Below, piece by piece: positions 60,296 to 64,000 of a stretch of 64,000 nucleotides of DNA (positions are counted from its first letter, which is position 1; every line of letters starts with the position of its first letter). The stretch spans positions 62,001 through 126,000 of the IMG/VR virus record IMGVR_UViG_3300028864_000016; one strand, written 5' to 3'. Under the pieces are notes generated by a model. The model made no database searches. It saw only the letters and a program-made list of their open reading frames with translations, and was not told the origin of the DNA. The position numbers and the translations under genes are program-made.

Positions 60296-61012
60296 TTATT
60301 TGATTATTTGAATGTCAGACTGCTGAACAACATCGAAATCACTTATATCAAAATGAATTGAAGTATCCTTTCCAACAACACCTTGCAATAAGTCTTTTAT
60401 ATCTCCTTGAGTGTTCTCTAATGCTTTATACCGTAAATCTTCATTGGAAAGGACTGAATTGTAAGCTAATTGCCTAACTCTGTAATTTATATTATTAATT
60501 TCAGTAGGAGTAAATTTACTTGTTAACCACCCTATCCTTTCTTTACTTTGTACACTTGATAACTCGCATTTGGTTAATGAAAGTCTATTGGGACTAAGTT
60601 TAATATTTATAGTGTTGTTGTAAATATGTATTGGGATATCTTTTAATGAATAAGAATACATAAAATCAAATTGCGATTCAACACTAATATCTTTACTATT
60701 CCATTCCGATAATTTAGTTCTTAGCCATGTAATATTTGGGTCATTGCTTGATAGATTGTTGTTACTAAAAGTAGCATTTGTGTTGGTTGTACCACTTAGA
60801 CAATTTAAACTATTCTCTAAATTTAATTTATCAATAACAATTTGTTTATCAATAACTTTGAAGGTTCGCTCTTGCTTATTTTGATTATTTAAATTTTGTT
60901 GAACTTTAAGTTGTTGGTTGCTTTTATTATATAGGTTGTTAGTAAATATACTCAGAATACTAAGACTTATGAGTAATCCTGCAATAATAAACTTGATTAA
61001 CTTATTCTTCAT
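60296..61012 (-). CDS. Membrane-anchored DUF4230-like protein
   Basis: N-terminal TM helix; FMYSYSLKDI...KLSPNRLSL...ALENTQGDIKDLL pattern. Confidence 0.45.
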   Translation of the reverse strand: MKNKLIKFIIAGLLISLSILSIFTNNLYNKSNQQLKVQQNLNNQNKQERTFKVIDKQIVIDKLNLENSLNCLSGTTNTNATFSNNNLSSNDPNITWLRTKLSEWNSKDISVESQFDFMYSYSLKDIPIHIYNNTINIKLSPNRLSLTKCELSSVQSKERIGWLTSKFTPTEINNINYRVRQLAYNSVLSNEDLRYKALENTQGDIKDLLQGVVGKDTSIHFDISDFDVVQQSDIQIIK

Positions 61013-61346
61013 CTTCTTCAACCTCATCATTTGTATTGCTTAAGTATCTTACCATTTCGTCTCTAGCCTTTATAATGAGTTGCTTATCATCTTCAGTTAA
61101 ATCTTTCATTTTTAAAAATTTATTATATTGTCTTTTAACCCAAAATATATCTATTTTATTTTTAATTGTTGGGATTAAAAAGTTATCAATGTAAATTATG
61201 AAATCTATAGCAATTCCAAACATTAATACTAAGTAATAATAAAGCATTAATATTCCACTGTTTTTAGTATGTAAATTTTGTCCTATGAGGTAAACTATCG
61301 CGCCTAATAATTGGTAGATTAATATTGAATATAACATTATTAACAT
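61002..61346 (-). CDS. Small membrane protein
   Basis: Two hydrophobic helices; GGAAGTG RBS; overlaps the downstream gene. Confidence 0.55.
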   Translation of the reverse strand: MLIMLYSILIYQLLGAIVYLIGQNLHTKNSGILMLYYYLVLMFGIAIDFIIYIDNFLIPTIKNKIDIFWVKRQYNKFLKMKDLTEDDKQLIIKARDEMVRYLSNTNDEVEEDEE

Positions 61347-61495
61347 TTTAATACACTTCCTTTATTTAATTTATTATCACCTACTTTCTATACTTTTGTT
61401 TTTGGGAAGGTAGAAATAAATCTACCTTATTTAATTTTTACTTACTTTTCCATAGCTTTAAAACTTGATTCCGAATCAGTTTACATTATTGTCAC

Positions 61496-62044
61496 CTACT
61501 TTATTTTATTTATATATTCATCTGTAATTACTTTTGCAAATCTACCAAATGCACTAACTTCTTGCAATGTTAAATCTACTGTTTTTAAATTATTTTTATC
61601 TGAAATTTTATAATATGATGGAAGATTCACATACTCACCTAAATTAACATCATTTTTATCTAATACTACCCAAGAGTTTTTATTTTCTGTATTTATTTTA
61701 AATAAAGTATATGGTTTTTTCTCATGTTCTATATAAACCATACATTTATTTAAAGTTTCTGAATTCAAATCAGATTCATATTTTCCACTTAATAATTTAG
61801 TAATTTCCATAATATTATCTGAATTAATGTTTTCTATAGGAATAATTTTATCCATAAAATCTAGTGTAGAATTAGTAATGTTTGCAGTTCCAACATGTGC
61901 TATGTCAGATAATAAATCTCCATATACAACATAGCAATAGCAACTGTTAGATAAAACTTTAATGAGAATATCTCCAGTTTTTATTCCTCTTTGTCTTAAT
62001 TCTTTTTGAGTAATTGATTTTAAATTTGTAATATTCATATTCAT
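61496..62044 (-). CDS. Hypothetical protein
   Basis: 182-aa ORF with AAGGAGAG RBS. Confidence 0.5.
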   Translation of the reverse strand: MNMNITNLKSITQKELRQRGIKTGDILIKVLSNSCYCYVVYGDLLSDIAHVGTANITNSTLDFMDKIIPIENINSDNIMEITKLLSGKYESDLNSETLNKCMVYIEHEKKPYTLFKINTENKNSWVVLDKNDVNLGEYVNLPSYYKISDKNNLKTVDLTLQEVSAFGRFAKVITDEYINKIK

Positions 62045-62174
62045 TCTCTCCTTTAATATTTTTATATTATTTTAATTTATTGCATCATTTTAAAAGTATG
62101 ATTTTAACTGAGTATTGGGAAATCGAGGCTAGTGATAGCCTCATTCTTAAATCTAGTTTTTTGGTATTTTCTGA

Positions 62175-62666
62175 TTATTTTGTTCCAGAACTTCCAAATC
62201 CCTTTTCATTTCTTTCACTTTCATCTAGTTCATCTACAACAATTACTTCATCAGTTGATATATAACCTATAACCATTTGTGCTAACTTTGTTTTAGCAGG
62301 GATGTCAACTTCATAATCTTCTTGATTATAGACTATGATTCCTATATCTCCTCTATAATTGGAATCTAAAGTTCCTAATTGTACTCTTAAATATGGTGAG
62401 CATTCTGTATAAGTAGGTGGCATTTCAGTAGGAGGATACATAGTACCAAAACATCCACTACATCCTTTTAATGTAATCCCACTTCTAGGTCTTATAGTTG
62501 CTTCTTGATTAGTTTCTAATTGTACTGATATTCCTGTAGGTATTACAATTGTTTGATTGGGTTGTATTGTCGCTTCATTTAAGGTAAATAAATCAAAACC
62601 AGCATCGCCTACTTTACCTTTGCATGGAATTATTGCATTTTCATTTAATTTTTTAAATTTTATCAT
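62175..62666 (-). CDS. dut: Trimeric dUTPase
   Basis: AGFDL, RPRSG, GTLDSNYRGDIG, LAQMVI, RNEKGFGSSG (motifs 1-5). Confidence 0.92.
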   Translation of the reverse strand: MIKFKKLNENAIIPCKGKVGDAGFDLFTLNEATIQPNQTIVIPTGISVQLETNQEATIRPRSGITLKGCSGCFGTMYPPTEMPPTYTECSPYLRVQLGTLDSNYRGDIGIIVYNQEDYEVDIPAKTKLAQMVIGYISTDEVIVVDELDESERNEKGFGSSGTK

Positions 62667-62763
62667 TATATATCTCTCCTTCAAATTCTTATTATTTTAT
62701 ATTTTTAATTTATTTCGTTTTAGCAACTGCACTTGTGAATAAGTGTGTCGGTCAAGTTGATAA

Positions 62764-62943
62764 TTATCTTAAATCATCTAAAGCATTTTCAATAACGTAT
62801 AATTTATCATCAATAGTATTTGATAAGTCTTGTATTTGTTCTATTAATTTTTGTGATTCTTCTAAATCAACATAGTCACCATTTAGAATATTTGACAAGC
62901 TATTTATCTTATCATCTAATTCGCTAATTAATTTTGTTCTCAT
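62764..62943 (-). CDS. 59-aa coiled-coil hypothetical protein
   Basis: Translated by hand (MRTKLISELDDKINSLSNIL...ENALDDLR); AAAGGAG RBS. Confidence 0.55.
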   Translation of the reverse strand: MRTKLISELDDKINSLSNILNGDYVDLEESQKLIEQIQDLSNTIDDKLYVIENALDDLR

Positions 62944-62999
62944 TTTAATATCTCCTTTATAATTTATTTAACAGTTGATAAATTGTAGTATTTAACAAC

Positions 63000-63218
63000 T
63001 TATCTCACATCAAATTCAATCATCATTTCATGTATAATAGCTAATCTATGTGATGTACTTTCCCAATCATCAGTTATACAAAAATGATATTTGATTGCAT
63101 TTAATTGTTCTTTTATTAATTCTTTTTGTTCTTTAGACAAGTTCAAATTTTCTCTAAACTCTTTAATAGAACAACCTTTATATTTACTTTTTAATTCTTT
63201 TAACTCATCTGTATCCAA
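63000..63218 (-). CDS. Hypothetical protein
   Basis: 72 aa with AGGAGG RBS. Confidence 0.5.
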   Translation of the reverse strand: MDTDELKELKSKYKGCSIKEFRENLNLSKEQKELIKEQLNAIKYHFCITDDWESTSHRLAIIHEMMIEFDVR

Positions 63219-63297
63219 TAAACTACCTCCTTTAACTTGGTATAAAATATCTGTTTTAATAACTCTGTAAGTGTCTTATATCCTTATTCTTAAATTA

Positions 63298-63939
63298 CTA
63301 TTTCTTGATATAATATAGCAATAATCCACCTAATACATTAGATATTGTTACTATCACTAATGATATAATTACATTTATAATATTTAAATTCATTCCACTA
63401 CAAAATCCTAAAGTATAATAAGTCATATCTGCAATACTGTGATTAAATCCACATATTACAAACACAGTGATAAAGAATCCACTTATTAAATGATTACTAT
63501 ACATTTTGTAATTAGCTACTGCACAACATACAAGAAAATTACATACAATACCACCAATGATTAATTGTATTGGATTAAGTGCTAATTTAGTATTTACTAT
63601 TTGTTCTACATTTGGATGTAATACTTGAAATAATGCTATAGTCGTTATTACTGATCCTATTAAATTTCCAATCCAAGTTTTAGTTAATGTTTTAATATAT
63701 TCTTTAATTGATATATTACTTTTTGAAAAATATTGTTGTGTATATGTATCTGTTTTTAAACTTAATACTTGTCCAGTAAATAAATCGAATCCAAAAATCA
63801 TAACTAAACTTAAACCTAAATAGAACATAATACTTGCTATAAATGGACTATTTGTCTTTTGTAATGTTATTAAGTAAGCAAATGTACCTAATGATATAGA
63901 AACACCTGCCATTATAGAATTTTTATACTTACTTATCAT
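63298..63939 (-). CDS. Formate/nitrite transporter (FNT) family channel
   Basis: SIMAGVSISLG, GFDLFTG, TWIGNLIGS, GIVCNFLVCCAV, FVICGFNHSIADM, VTISNVLGG. Confidence 0.85.
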   Translation of the reverse strand: MISKYKNSIMAGVSISLGTFAYLITLQKTNSPFIASIMFYLGLSLVMIFGFDLFTGQVLSLKTDTYTQQYFSKSNISIKEYIKTLTKTWIGNLIGSVITTIALFQVLHPNVEQIVNTKLALNPIQLIIGGIVCNFLVCCAVANYKMYSNHLISGFFITVFVICGFNHSIADMTYYTLGFCSGMNLNIINVIISLVIVTISNVLGGLLLYYIKK

Positions 63940-64000
63940 ATATAACTACTTCACCTTTCTTTAATGATTTTTGAACATCAATTATTCTTTGATTATAACT

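Noticed and set aside
1597-62742. Many 60-140 aa ORF-track entries antisense to or nested in long genes (e.g. 1597, 6575, 7611, 16010, 17586, 24620, 43577, 45296, 53035, 53664, 56984, 62557)
   Set aside because: They overlap well-supported genes, lack RBSs and recognisable motifs, and are expected shadow frames.
1-64000. tRNA, rRNA, CRISPR arrays, IS elements, arbitrium genes
   Set aside because: No cloverleaf, repeat-spacer array, transposase or peptide-receptor pair recognised by eye; tRNAscan-SE and CRISPR-finder runs would be needed to exclude them formally.

Overview
Very AT-rich segment of a large temperate siphovirus-type element (SPbeta-like gene order; host probably a Clostridium beijerinckii/butyricum-group organism, judged from the cell-wall-binding repeat proteins). 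No host genes are evident. + strand: head-tail and tail-tube genes (56-5846); an ~8 kb accessory island inside the tail operon (antirepressor, secreted cell-wall-binding protein, two candidate type I TA loci, a GNAT TA pair, a free-standing endonuclease); tail chaperone, a tape-measure gene split by a group I intron, baseplate/fibre genes, endolysin and holin; a RepB-type primase; a second fibre-like cassette (36.5-47.4 kb); RusA; and a tyrosine recombinase split by a second group I intron. - strand from ~53.6 kb: ThyX-like protein, HNH, NAD-dependent ligase, DUF4942-type methyltransferase, dUTPase and a formate/nitrite-transporter-family channel. Top leads: (1) a secreted cell-wall-binding moron protein whose C-terminus copies an internal tape-measure segment (29/63 identical, ungapped), a candidate TMP-mimic superinfection-exclusion factor; (2) two ORF-less group I introns gating the tape measure and the recombinase active site; (3) a CCC-UAG +1 frameshift extension of the tail tube protein; (4) unannotated micro-proteins and sRNA-like units. 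All functional calls come from visual motif recognition; no database searches were run.
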